Positions 9,987-18,576 of a stretch of 32,978 nucleotides of DNA are shown one piece after another. A program made the position numbers and the translations under genes. The DNA comes from a bacterium. Its GTDB lineage: Bacteria > Bacteroidota > Ignavibacteria > Kapaibacteriales > UBA961. The notes under the pieces were generated by a model, which saw nothing but the letters and a program-made list of their open reading frames with translations, ran no database searches and had not been told where the DNA came from. Position 1 is the first letter of the stretch; each line of letters begins with the position of its first letter. The stretch lies in assembly GCA_046093685.1 (NCBI GenBank), contig JBJTFZ010000166.1:1-32978 (forward strand). The letters run 5' to 3'.

Positions 9987-10017
9987 AAAAGCGACCACTT
10001 CGGTGGTCGCTTTTTTT
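9987..10017 (+). terminator. Rho-independent terminator closing the fibre operon
   Basis: aaaagcgaccac-TTCG-gtggtcgctttt perfect hairpin with a UUCG loop and a T7 tail. Confidence 0.95.
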
Positions 10018-10094
10018 ATTTGTGGAAATGTGAAGCATTTGCTACTTTGCTCATGTTCAAAAGGGGATTCCACTCATTATCAATATTCACCGCC

Positions 10095-12293
10095 ATGCAA
10101 TATTCTCTTTTCATCTTATTAATGTTTTCATGTATCACAACATGTATGGTCAAGGCGCAATTTGTTCGTCAATGGCAAAGCATGTCTTCCATGTATGCCG
10201 TCAATGCACTTGCAAGCATCAATGGCACTGTGTATGCCGGCACAAAAGGCGGTATGTGTTCCTATGATATTTCAAGCAAAGAAAAACGCTATTGGCGCGT
10301 GAGCGATTCAACATTGCTGACCTCCACCATCACCACCATTGCGCATGATTCGGTTTCCGGTTTGCTATGGCTCGGTGCGGAAAATGGTGCGATCATGACA
10401 TATCATCCACGCTATGAAATCTGGACAAGCATCACCGCAGTGCTCACGGCACAAATGCAGGGCATCGCATCCAAACGCATAACAGGATTTGTCCATCATA
10501 AAGGAATCACCTATTGCGCCGGAGATTTCGGCATCATCACCTTCAAAGGAATCATACCCGGAGATTGGATTAAATTCATAGGAAGCATACCCATAGGCAC
10601 CGGCATTTCATCGCTTGCCATCATGCAGGACACACTCTGGGTTGGAACAGAAAAAGGATTGGCAAAAGCAGGCATCAATTCAACATTGCAAGATATCTCC
10701 TCATGGAAAGTGATCGGCAATCAACCCGTGATGTCCATCATTCCCAAGAATGATACATTGCTCGTGGCCGAACAGAATGCATTGACATTCATCGTGAAAG
10801 GAACTATTCAACAACAAAACATCGCAGGCCAAACAGGGCTGAATGGTTTGTCCGTGCATGATGAAACCATACTCTATGGCACGGCAAATGGCATTTATGC
10901 ATTTCCTTCGAATCAACTCGTGAAAAGTATTTCCAATAGCGGACATCATCGTTTGCAGGATGGATCCGTGATGGCGAAACTTCAGAGTGGAGGAATGGCA
11001 TATATTTCAGCCGGCAAGCTCGATACCATTCTCCCGAATACACCCGCGGGAAGTCTCTATGGCGCTCTCTCAGTGGATGCATCCTCCAATCTATGGGTTT
11101 GCATGAATGAAGGATATGTGGGCTTCTTTGACGGAATTAATTGGAGCAATTTCACACGCACGAATATCTTCGGAAACAAAGCCATAGGCAATTCCCGCTT
11201 CAATGCATTGACGCCGATGATGAATGGAGGAATGTGGATTGGTAGTTTTGGAAATGGATTCGCGCAAGGTTTTTCCAATGGACAAACCATCACTTTTTCT
11301 CCAATGGATGATAATGCACGGTCAGTTTTGGCAATCAATGCCGGAGATTATACCGTGTCCGGAAAAGTGGCCGAAGATCGAGATGAATCAGTATGGATTC
11401 CACGACTCACCACAGGCACGGACGGTGGACTCATCGTCAGAAAAAATCCTGATGGAACATATACATCGTATCAAGGCACTGCGCGTAGCAAGAAATTCAC
11501 GATTGCCGAGGTGGACAATAATCGCACCGTGTGGCTTGGAGCGCCAAAATCAAATACAGGTGATGGGAATGTGTATTATTTCAATCAAAAAAACACCCTG
11601 AATGATGAATCCGATGATATGCGCGGAGAAGCAAATATCAGCGATGTGAATGTTATCAAAAAAGATGCATCCGGATTCATGTGGTTCGGCACAAGTTCGG
11701 GTTTGAGCGTGATCTATTCACCCGGGAATGCAGTATCAGGAAGACCGCTTAACATCACGGCCATAACGGCATTGAAAGGACAAGTGGTGAATGACATTGC
11801 AATCGATGCAGTGAACAATAAATGGATTGCCACCGAGAATGGACTCTTCGTGCTAAGCGAAGATGGTTCCGAACTCATTGAAACATATACGATGCGTAAT
11901 ACCATATTGCAAAGTTCTTCCATCAAGACCATCGCCATCGATAAAGCAAAAGGGATCGTCTATGTTGGAACCGATGAAGGATTGTATCGAGGATATACAA
12001 CCATCGTGAATCCTCAACCCGATTATTCCAGCATTCGATGCTTTCCGCAACCATTCAATCCTGATATCCATCAATCAGTGACCATAGAAGGATTATCCGA
12101 ACAAACAGGTATTTCAATCGTGAGTCCGGCAGGCTTGCCCGTGCGCAGTCTCACAACGCAAAGTGGAAGGATTATTTGGGACGGAATGAATGATCGGGGA
12201 GAATTGGTTGGCTCGGGAGTCTATCTCATCATTGCACAATCAGGAAATTTGGATCAATCCGGCATCGTAAAATGCATGGTGATACGAAAATGA
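10095..12293 (+). CDS. porZ: PorZ-like T9SS beta-propeller protein with C-terminal sorting domain
   Basis: ATG at 10095 gives a signal peptide (VKA|Q) followed by QWQSMSSM. Propeller repeats include VNDIAIDAVNNKWIATENGLFVLSEDG and VYVGTDEGL. CTD CFPQPFNP...VTIEGL...IIWDGMNDRGELVGSGVYLI matches PorZ architecture. Confidence 0.8.
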   Translation: MQYSLFILLMFSCITTCMVKAQFVRQWQSMSSMYAVNALASINGTVYAGTKGGMCSYDISSKEKRYWRVSDSTLLTSTITTIAHDSVSGLLWLGAENGAIMTYHPRYEIWTSITAVLTAQMQGIASKRITGFVHHKGITYCAGDFGIITFKGIIPGDWIKFIGSIPIGTGISSLAIMQDTLWVGTEKGLAKAGINSTLQDISSWKVIGNQPVMSIIPKNDTLLVAEQNALTFIVKGTIQQQNIAGQTGLNGLSVHDETILYGTANGIYAFPSNQLVKSISNSGHHRLQDGSVMAKLQSGGMAYISAGKLDTILPNTPAGSLYGALSVDASSNLWVCMNEGYVGFFDGINWSNFTRTNIFGNKAIGNSRFNALTPMMNGGMWIGSFGNGFAQGFSNGQTITFSPMDDNARSVLAINAGDYTVSGKVAEDRDESVWIPRLTTGTDGGLIVRKNPDGTYTSYQGTARSKKFTIAEVDNNRTVWLGAPKSNTGDGNVYYFNQKNTLNDESDDMRGEANISDVNVIKKDASGFMWFGTSSGLSVIYSPGNAVSGRPLNITAITALKGQVVNDIAIDAVNNKWIATENGLFVLSEDGSELIETYTMRNTILQSSSIKTIAIDKAKGIVYVGTDEGLYRGYTTIVNPQPDYSSIRCFPQPFNPDIHQSVTIEGLSEQTGISIVSPAGLPVRSLTTQSGRIIWDGMNDRGELVGSGVYLIIAQSGNLDQSGIVKCMVIRK

Positions 12294-12393
12294 TGGCATA
12301 TTTCTTCAAATTGGCATGGTTTTCCCTTCATTTAGAATACCTGCATCAGATTTTTTTCGCAAATTGCATGCATAAAAGCAAGGAAGCAGACGC

Positions 12394-13242
12394 TTGAAGA
12401 TTGTACCCGTGGAAAAACCACTGCGTTTGACAAATGACGGAACCCTCGAAATCGTATTTCTCGGTGTGGGTGGAGCATTTTCTCAGACGCTGTTCAATAC
12501 CAATTTCCTAATCATCAAAGGAGATGCACATCTCCTTGTCGATTTTGGAACGACGGGTCCATTCTCATTGCCTGCCTCCACGGGCTTGACATTATCGGAC
12601 ATACAAGCCATACTTCCCACGCATAGCCATTGTGACCATATCGGCGGGATAGAATCCCTCGCATTATGGAATCGTTATGTGGCCATACCCCAATTTGGCA
12701 AACACAAAATTTCCATGATCATTTCCGAAGAATATGAGGACATATTGTGGAATCAATCATTGCGCGGTGGAATGGAACAGAATGAATATTCATCGGAAGG
12801 AAAGCCACTTGCAATGAGCGATTTCTTTGACATCATTCGTCCGAATTGGTTGGAGCGCGAACCCCGTCTGCGTTTGGAGTTGGATTGGAATGGCATACAC
12901 ATTGAACTCTTCGGCACCAATCATGTGCCTGAGCAGGCATCGAGTGCATCGAGTGCATTCATCACGCATGGATTGCATATTGATGGTCGAGTGTTTTTCT
13001 CGGGTGATACCAAGTTCGACAAAGAACTATTGAATATGTATGCCGATCGGTCTGAATACATGTTTCATGATGCATCGTTTTTCCCCAATCCCGTTCATGC
13101 ATCACTTGAAGAATTGAGAACACTCCCTTCATCCATCAAAGAAAAAATGTTTCTCGTGCATTATGGCGATGCACATGCGCAGTATTCCGTTGAAGAGTTT
13201 TGCGGTTTCACGCAAAAAGGCATGCGCTATATTTTTGATTGA
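12394..13242 (+). CDS. MBL-fold metallo-hydrolase, Apyc1-like putative cyclic-nucleotide phosphodiesterase
   Basis: FLGVGGAF, LLVDFG, THSHCDHIGG (HxHxDH), LWNQSLRGG, FFSGDT, MFHD, VHASLEELRTLP, LVHYGD. TTG start with AAGGAAG upstream. Confidence 0.8.
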   Translation: MKIVPVEKPLRLTNDGTLEIVFLGVGGAFSQTLFNTNFLIIKGDAHLLVDFGTTGPFSLPASTGLTLSDIQAILPTHSHCDHIGGIESLALWNRYVAIPQFGKHKISMIISEEYEDILWNQSLRGGMEQNEYSSEGKPLAMSDFFDIIRPNWLEREPRLRLELDWNGIHIELFGTNHVPEQASSASSAFITHGLHIDGRVFFSGDTKFDKELLNMYADRSEYMFHDASFFPNPVHASLEELRTLPSSIKEKMFLVHYGDAHAQYSVEEFCGFTQKGMRYIFD

Positions 13243-13907
13243 TTCGATTTACCGCCCATCAACTTTGCCAGCAAATCACTGCTGAACACCATTTGCAGGG
13301 AAGCTTCCACTTCGATGTCTTTCTTCATCAATTGTTGCAATTGTTCTTTATCCCAGAGCAGACATCTCGTTTCATCGATAGTGGTGACGGTTGCGGTTGT
13401 CAAATTCCCCGAAAGAAAACTCATCTCTCCCACGAATTGTCCATTACGCACATAACTCACCGTTTTCCCATCCACTTCGATCTTTGCGAGACCATCGGAA
13501 ATCAAGGCCAATTTGTCGATTGCGGTGTTTTGATGCACCATCACGAAATCAATTGGCAGATCTTCATATCCGGCGATATTGAGCAGTTTGCGATATGCAG
13601 TTTTCGGCATGTGTTTGAAAACTTTTGCATGGAGTGACAATTCTTCATCGGTGAATTTCAGATTTTTTCTTTCGCGGTAGAGCATCGTGAATTGCCAGGC
13701 ATTGACGATGATGTAGAATCCACACCACACGATTTCCGCCCATTCCGGTTTATGCAAATCACGGAAGTGATATACCATTTCGATATTGAATCCGATGATG
13801 ATCAATACGCGAAGCCACAAGATGTCCTTGACGATGAAACCCGCCAGATAAAACATGTTGAAGATGCTTGTGATAAGGAATTCGGTGAGCGAGATTTGGT
13901 TTTGCAT
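13227..13907 (-). CDS. Popeye-like membrane protein with a cyclic-nucleotide-binding domain
   Basis: N-terminal hydrophobic helices with KDILWLRVL and WCGFYIIVN. Linker EELSLHAKVF. CNBD LALISDGLAKI...GQFVGEMSFL...TATV...WDKEQL. No HTH. Confidence 0.85.
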   Translation of the reverse strand: MQNQISLTEFLITSIFNMFYLAGFIVKDILWLRVLIIIGFNIEMVYHFRDLHKPEWAEIVWCGFYIIVNAWQFTMLYRERKNLKFTDEELSLHAKVFKHMPKTAYRKLLNIAGYEDLPIDFVMVHQNTAIDKLALISDGLAKIEVDGKTVSYVRNGQFVGEMSFLSGNLTTATVTTIDETRCLLWDKEQLQQLMKKDIEVEASLQMVFSSDLLAKLMGGKSNQSKI

Positions 13908-13937
13908 GACTTGTGAATGAGTTCTGAATCAACACTA

Positions 13938-13966
13938 CAAAGATACGCATGTTCACTTGATGGCAA
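13938..13966 (-). promoter_or_regulatory. Bacteroidota-type sigma-A promoter for the Popeye-like gene
   Basis: Minus strand reads TTG-N18-TATCTTTG (plus strand caaagata 13938-13945, caa 13964-13966). Confidence 0.6.
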
Positions 13967-14011
13967 GAGTTTTTCATCCCCAACAAAGCAGAGTTTTTGC
14001 TAAGTTTGTTC

Positions 14012-17000
14012 ATGATTCGCTTTCTTCTGATACTCCTTTTTATATGTCCGCTTCAGGCATGGTCCACCGAGCTTTGCCTGATGTTCCCCATATCTCTGGA
14101 AGATCGCGTGAAGTCTGCCGAGCTTATCATTGAAGCGGAAGTGATGAGTGATTCAGTGTTTGCCACTTCATCCCCATACATGATTCACACCGCATATCGT
14201 TTGCGCATCATTGGTGTGATGAAAGGGAATGCATCCGGATTGATAAGCATGGTTGTGGAGGGAGGTCGATTGGGTGACAGAGCATTGGTCACAAGACCAA
14301 CTTTGCAACAAGAGATTGGTTCTCGTGGAATATTTTTTCTCAAGAAATCACATATGGGATTTACGCCCTTTGCCGGACCACAGGGAATCATTCTCAAGGA
14401 TGAATCGGGTAAAGCGCGTGAACCATTTCGAACATATTCATCAATGCTTGATGCCATTGAACGTATCGTTGCATTGACGGGTATTCCATATACATATAAG
14501 CCTGATATTTTTCGAGAAGAAAAAGGTGAGAAAATTCTTGCCGCAAGCATCAACTCCATAAGTCCAACCACTTCCACTGCAGGAAGAGGATCCGTTCTGA
14601 CGATAAATGGTTCCGGTTTTGGAGCATTGAGAACAGGGAATGCAAAAGTAGAATTCAAAAATGGAAATGATGGCGGCGCATCATGGACTGCACCCGCAAG
14701 TGCGGAATATGTTTCATGGTCTGATGCGGAAATAAAAGTGAAGATTCCGACATTGGCCGGGACGGGACAGATCCGCGTGACTGCTTCCGACAATTCAACT
14801 GCGGTTTCGGGTCAAACACTCACGATCGATTATTCATTGTTGAATACATCGCTCAATCGCATTTGGCTTCGCGGGCAAAATGGCAATGGCGGACATACAT
14901 TCACATTCAATACTGCATTTGGAGTGAATCCGACAGATTCATATAAAAGAGCATTGCAGAGTTGGCGTTGCAATGCATTCGTGAACTTTGGTGTGAGTGC
15001 AACAACAACTGCCATTGATCAATCTGCAAAAGATAATGTGAATGTTGTGTCATTCAATGCAAATTTGCCGGCAGGTGCATTGGGCGTGACATATAATTGG
15101 TATGCAGGCTGTGCTTCGGACCAATGGTATAATGATGAATTCGACATGATCTTTGCACCTTCTCCCGGTACGGGATGGAATTTTGGTCCGGGAGCCACAA
15201 CTGGAAACAGATATGATTTTGAAACAGTGGCATTGCATGAATTGGGTCATGCAGTTCAACTTGGGCATGTGATCAATGCAAATTATGTGATGCATTATGC
15301 ATTGGGACCGAATTCCGACAAGCGTACATTGAATGCGGTTTCGGATATCGCGGGCGGGAATGATGTGGTAACATTTTCAACAACAACGAAGCCATGTGGT
15401 CCTGCAATCATGCAGGCATTGAATGCGAACAATTGTGCATTGTTCGCTCCGCCGATAGCTGCATTTTCAGCGACACCCACATCAGGATGTTCGCCGATGC
15501 AGGTGCAATTCACGGATCAAAGTCAGAATAATCCAACAAACTATGCTTGGGACATAGACAATAATGGAACAACGGATTATGTCACTCAGAATCCAATGCA
15601 TGTTTATTTGAATCCCGGAACATATAGCGTTCGTTTGACAGTGACGAGTGGCAGTGGTACGAATTCACTCACGATGACAAACATGATCACCGTGAATCAA
15701 TCGCCCACTGCACAAGGCAGGGGTAGCATCATGCCATGCCAAGGAACACAGCAAGAGCTTGGTCCGATCAATGCTCCCACGGGTGGTTTGCCACCATATA
15801 CATATTCATGGTCACCCACGACGGGCTTGAGCAATCCAAATACATTGAATCCGACACTTGCCATAAATTTCACGAATCAAAGAGTATATGCATTGTCGAT
15901 TTCCGATCAGCGCGGTTGCACCATTGTCGTGCGAGATACAATCATGCCGAATCCCGAACTTATCGTGAGTGCGGGGGCAGATCGTTCCGAATGTTCGGGT
16001 GCAATCGTCACACTAGGAGGGGAGCCAACAGTTGTCGGAGGAACACCGCCATATATCTATGCATGGTCGCCAACAAATGCAGTAAGTTCTTCCGTGATTG
16101 CAAATCCTACGGCGATCATTCGCCAAACACAGCAATTCATGTGCACGGTGACGGATGCAAGAGGATGCGTCAAACGCGATACGGTGTTCATCACAAAACA
16201 TCCCGATTTGATAGTGAATGCAGGTTCCGACAAACTCTTGTGCATGAATGCTCAGGATACTCTTGGAGGAAAGCCATCGGTTCAGGGAGGAATGCCGCCC
16301 TATCAATATCAATGGATTCCCGCCACAGGTTTATCGAGTGGCACAATTGCTAATCCAATCATCATATCACCGCAGACACGCACTTATGTTTTGCAAGTCA
16401 CTGATGCTGTCGGCTGCATCATGCGCGATACCATGCAAGTCACTGCAATACTTCCTGTAAAACCCACAATAAGGATTGTGAGCGGTAAACAGGAATTGTG
16501 CGGGGGTGACAGCATTGTTCTTGAAGCCATGGGAGATATTTCTTCATATCGCTGGAAGGATGGATCAACCAAAAAGACGATTGTCATTCGCACTAGTGAC
16601 ACTGTTTTTGTGATCGGTACGACTGCGAGTGGTTGCTCCATGAAATCGGATTCACTCATCATCAAAAAAACCGATGCGCCGAATATGCAATTCTCGGGTA
16701 ATACGGTGGTATGTCCCGGTGAATTCATCACACTTCGAGCGAATCCCGCAAAGAATTTCACGCAGACATGGAAAGTGACGGGGGGAATCATTGGCGGACC
16801 AAATACGCTTGACTCCGTCATGGTTCAAGTATATGAAAGCGGTTATATTACTCTTGAGCGACGATTGGGTCAATGCGTGTATGTCTCAGGCGATTCACTC
16901 AGGGTGCATCCTCGTATCACGGCCAAAATCACGGCGCAGGGAAAGAACAAGCCTTGCATTGGAGACACTGTCATACTCAAAGTTGAAGGAGTGTTGAAGA

Positions 17001-17578
17001 CTGTCACATGGTCGGACGGAGTGAAAGGCATGCGAACCGTATGGCAAAGTGGAACATATTGGGCGGATATAGAAGACAATTCGGGGTGCATTTGGCGAAC
17101 CGACACCGTGACGATAGCATTCAATGCGCTTCCTCAAAAACCAATCATTTCAGTGGCGGGAGATTCACTGATCACGGGAAGTGCAACTGCATTTCAATGG
17201 TATTCAGACAAAGGAGAAATTTCAGGAGCTAAAAATCAATGGTATCGTCCGGATTCTTCCGGGCTGTATCGCGTTCGCATCTGGAATATCGAAGAATGTT
17301 CAAACATGTCCGATGCATTTTCCTTTATTCGCGTCACCGCCCTGCCCGCAGAGCACTTGCTTTCATCGAGGATTTTGACGCATCCCATTGATGGTGAATT
17401 ACGACTCGAACATCCATATCGACAGCCAAAGGTCACAATCGTGAATACATTGGGAATACCCGTCATAGCCGAAATGGCTCAAGCGCCAATACATGTGATG
17501 TCGGTGGTGCATCTTCCATCGGGATTATACATCTTGGTGATAGAACAGGAGCAAATTCCATTACTCATCATGCATTGA
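14012..17578 (+). CDS. Secreted metzincin (matrixin-like) metalloprotease with IPT/TIG, PKD and Ig-like repeats and a probable T9SS CTD
   Basis: Signal peptide from ATG 14012. TIG-like LTINGSGFG...SWSDAEIKVKIP. HELGHAVQLGH plus Met-turn YVMHY. PKD VQFTDQS...YAWDID...PGTYSVRLTV. Repeats GGxPPYxYxWxPxxGLS. C-terminal IVNTLG...LPSGLYIL. Confidence 0.85.
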   Translation: MIRFLLILLFICPLQAWSTELCLMFPISLEDRVKSAELIIEAEVMSDSVFATSSPYMIHTAYRLRIIGVMKGNASGLISMVVEGGRLGDRALVTRPTLQQEIGSRGIFFLKKSHMGFTPFAGPQGIILKDESGKAREPFRTYSSMLDAIERIVALTGIPYTYKPDIFREEKGEKILAASINSISPTTSTAGRGSVLTINGSGFGALRTGNAKVEFKNGNDGGASWTAPASAEYVSWSDAEIKVKIPTLAGTGQIRVTASDNSTAVSGQTLTIDYSLLNTSLNRIWLRGQNGNGGHTFTFNTAFGVNPTDSYKRALQSWRCNAFVNFGVSATTTAIDQSAKDNVNVVSFNANLPAGALGVTYNWYAGCASDQWYNDEFDMIFAPSPGTGWNFGPGATTGNRYDFETVALHELGHAVQLGHVINANYVMHYALGPNSDKRTLNAVSDIAGGNDVVTFSTTTKPCGPAIMQALNANNCALFAPPIAAFSATPTSGCSPMQVQFTDQSQNNPTNYAWDIDNNGTTDYVTQNPMHVYLNPGTYSVRLTVTSGSGTNSLTMTNMITVNQSPTAQGRGSIMPCQGTQQELGPINAPTGGLPPYTYSWSPTTGLSNPNTLNPTLAINFTNQRVYALSISDQRGCTIVVRDTIMPNPELIVSAGADRSECSGAIVTLGGEPTVVGGTPPYIYAWSPTNAVSSSVIANPTAIIRQTQQFMCTVTDARGCVKRDTVFITKHPDLIVNAGSDKLLCMNAQDTLGGKPSVQGGMPPYQYQWIPATGLSSGTIANPIIISPQTRTYVLQVTDAVGCIMRDTMQVTAILPVKPTIRIVSGKQELCGGDSIVLEAMGDISSYRWKDGSTKKTIVIRTSDTVFVIGTTASGCSMKSDSLIIKKTDAPNMQFSGNTVVCPGEFITLRANPAKNFTQTWKVTGGIIGGPNTLDSVMVQVYESGYITLERRLGQCVYVSGDSLRVHPRITAKITAQGKNKPCIGDTVILKVEGVLKTVTWSDGVKGMRTVWQSGTYWADIEDNSGCIWRTDTVTIAFNALPQKPIISVAGDSLITGSATAFQWYSDKGEISGAKNQWYRPDSSGLYRVRIWNIEECSNMSDAFSFIRVTALPAEHLLSSRILTHPIDGELRLEHPYRQPKVTIVNTLGIPVIAEMAQAPIHVMSVVHLPSGLYILVIEQEQIPLLIMH

Positions 17579-17792
17579 CCAACCGTTCTAGACCTCTGAC
17601 TGAGGCGAATTTACAAGGGGTATTAGATATTATGTCCGTCAGTGGCAGAAAACATTCAAATTCTTAAAAAAAACTCAAAATTATCAGTAGTCATTCAGTA
17701 ATGGCTTGCAGTGATGACCTCATAAATTTGCCAATCGGGTAATGATTCAGCAATCGTATGAATCTTGGGTGGATTTCAGCAAAAGAGGTCAC

Positions 17793-18320
17793 ATGGCGAA
17801 GAAAAGAGTACAAAATGCGGGAGCGGGAAGGCAGGCGAGGAAGAGTTCGAATGGGACTCGCAGAAAAGACAAGACCACATCATTTTCTTCGATACAGTCG
17901 GAGTTGATGAGCAAGACTTTGGAGTTGATACAGCTCAAAGAATTGATGGGGCAAGCCTTCAAGCAATTGCAGAATTTAGCAAAAGAACTGGACAGATTGG
18001 ATCATAAACTCACTCTCAAAGAGGTGATGAAAACTCTGCAGGTGGAGGGTCCGAAAAAGAGAGATTGGGATGTGTTTCATTCTCAATTACGCATGTACAA
18101 TGAGCCATTCATTGAGGCATTGTGCAAAAAATTCCCATCGCTTTCCCATCAGGAAATTCGCATTGCTTCTTTGCTCAAGTCAGGCATGACCACCAAGGAG
18201 ATTGCCGAATTGTTTGCCATTCAGGTGAGAACCGTGGAGAATCACAGATTCAGCATTCGCAAGAAAATGAACATGGATTCCGAAAGAGATTTGGTTTCTG
18301 CCTTACAAAATCTTTCATGA
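17793..18320 (+). CDS. LuxR/GerE-type HTH transcriptional regulator (stand-alone)
   Basis: DWDVFHSQL...FPSLSHQEIRIASLLKSGMTTKEIAELFAIQVRTVENHRFSIRKKM. ATG 17793 follows AAGAGGT; the alternative start is 17742. Confidence 0.85.
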   Translation: MAKKRVQNAGAGRQARKSSNGTRRKDKTTSFSSIQSELMSKTLELIQLKELMGQAFKQLQNLAKELDRLDHKLTLKEVMKTLQVEGPKKRDWDVFHSQLRMYNEPFIEALCKKFPSLSHQEIRIASLLKSGMTTKEIAELFAIQVRTVENHRFSIRKKMNMDSERDLVSALQNLS

Positions 18321-18334
18321 CCTCACGGAAATCC

Positions 18335-18364
18335 TTTGTCAATGAAAAAAAACCGGTAGATTTG
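18335..18364 (+). promoter_or_regulatory. Bacteroidota-type sigma-A promoter upstream of the riboswitch
   Basis: TTTG (18335-18338)-N18-TAGATTTG (18357-18364). Confidence 0.7.
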
Positions 18365-18379
18365 CATCATTAATGTGAC

Positions 18380-18518
18380 ATAGGCCTCAAGTTTGTCTTG
18401 AAGACATAGGAAGGAATCAGGTGTAAATCCTGAGCTGTCGTGCAACTGTGAATCCTGAATGGATCAGCCAGATACTTCCCTTGAACGCCAATGCAAAGCA
18501 CTCACGAGAAAGTGCGGG
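18380..18518 (+). ncRNA. Cobalamin riboswitch
   Basis: AGGAA-tcagg-TGTAAAT-cctga (P4/T-loop), GCTGTCGTGCAACTGTGA and B12-box AGCCAGATAC. The downstream hairpin gcact-CACGAgaa-agtgc has a loop complementary to TCGTG (18438-18442). Boundaries are approximate. Confidence 0.9.
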
Positions 18519-18576
18519 CATCCATGGTACGGCAATCGTCCTTAGCCTCTCTTTCTTTTTCATAAGGCGATCTACC

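Noticed and set aside
12394-13907. Complete Pycsar/CBASS defence system
   Set aside because: No cyclase or CD-NTase is in the window, the genes are convergent, and the context is not a defence island.
18448-18576. N-terminal extension of the DUF6580-type ORF
   Set aside because: It overlaps the riboswitch; ATG 18577 gives a normal membrane-protein start.
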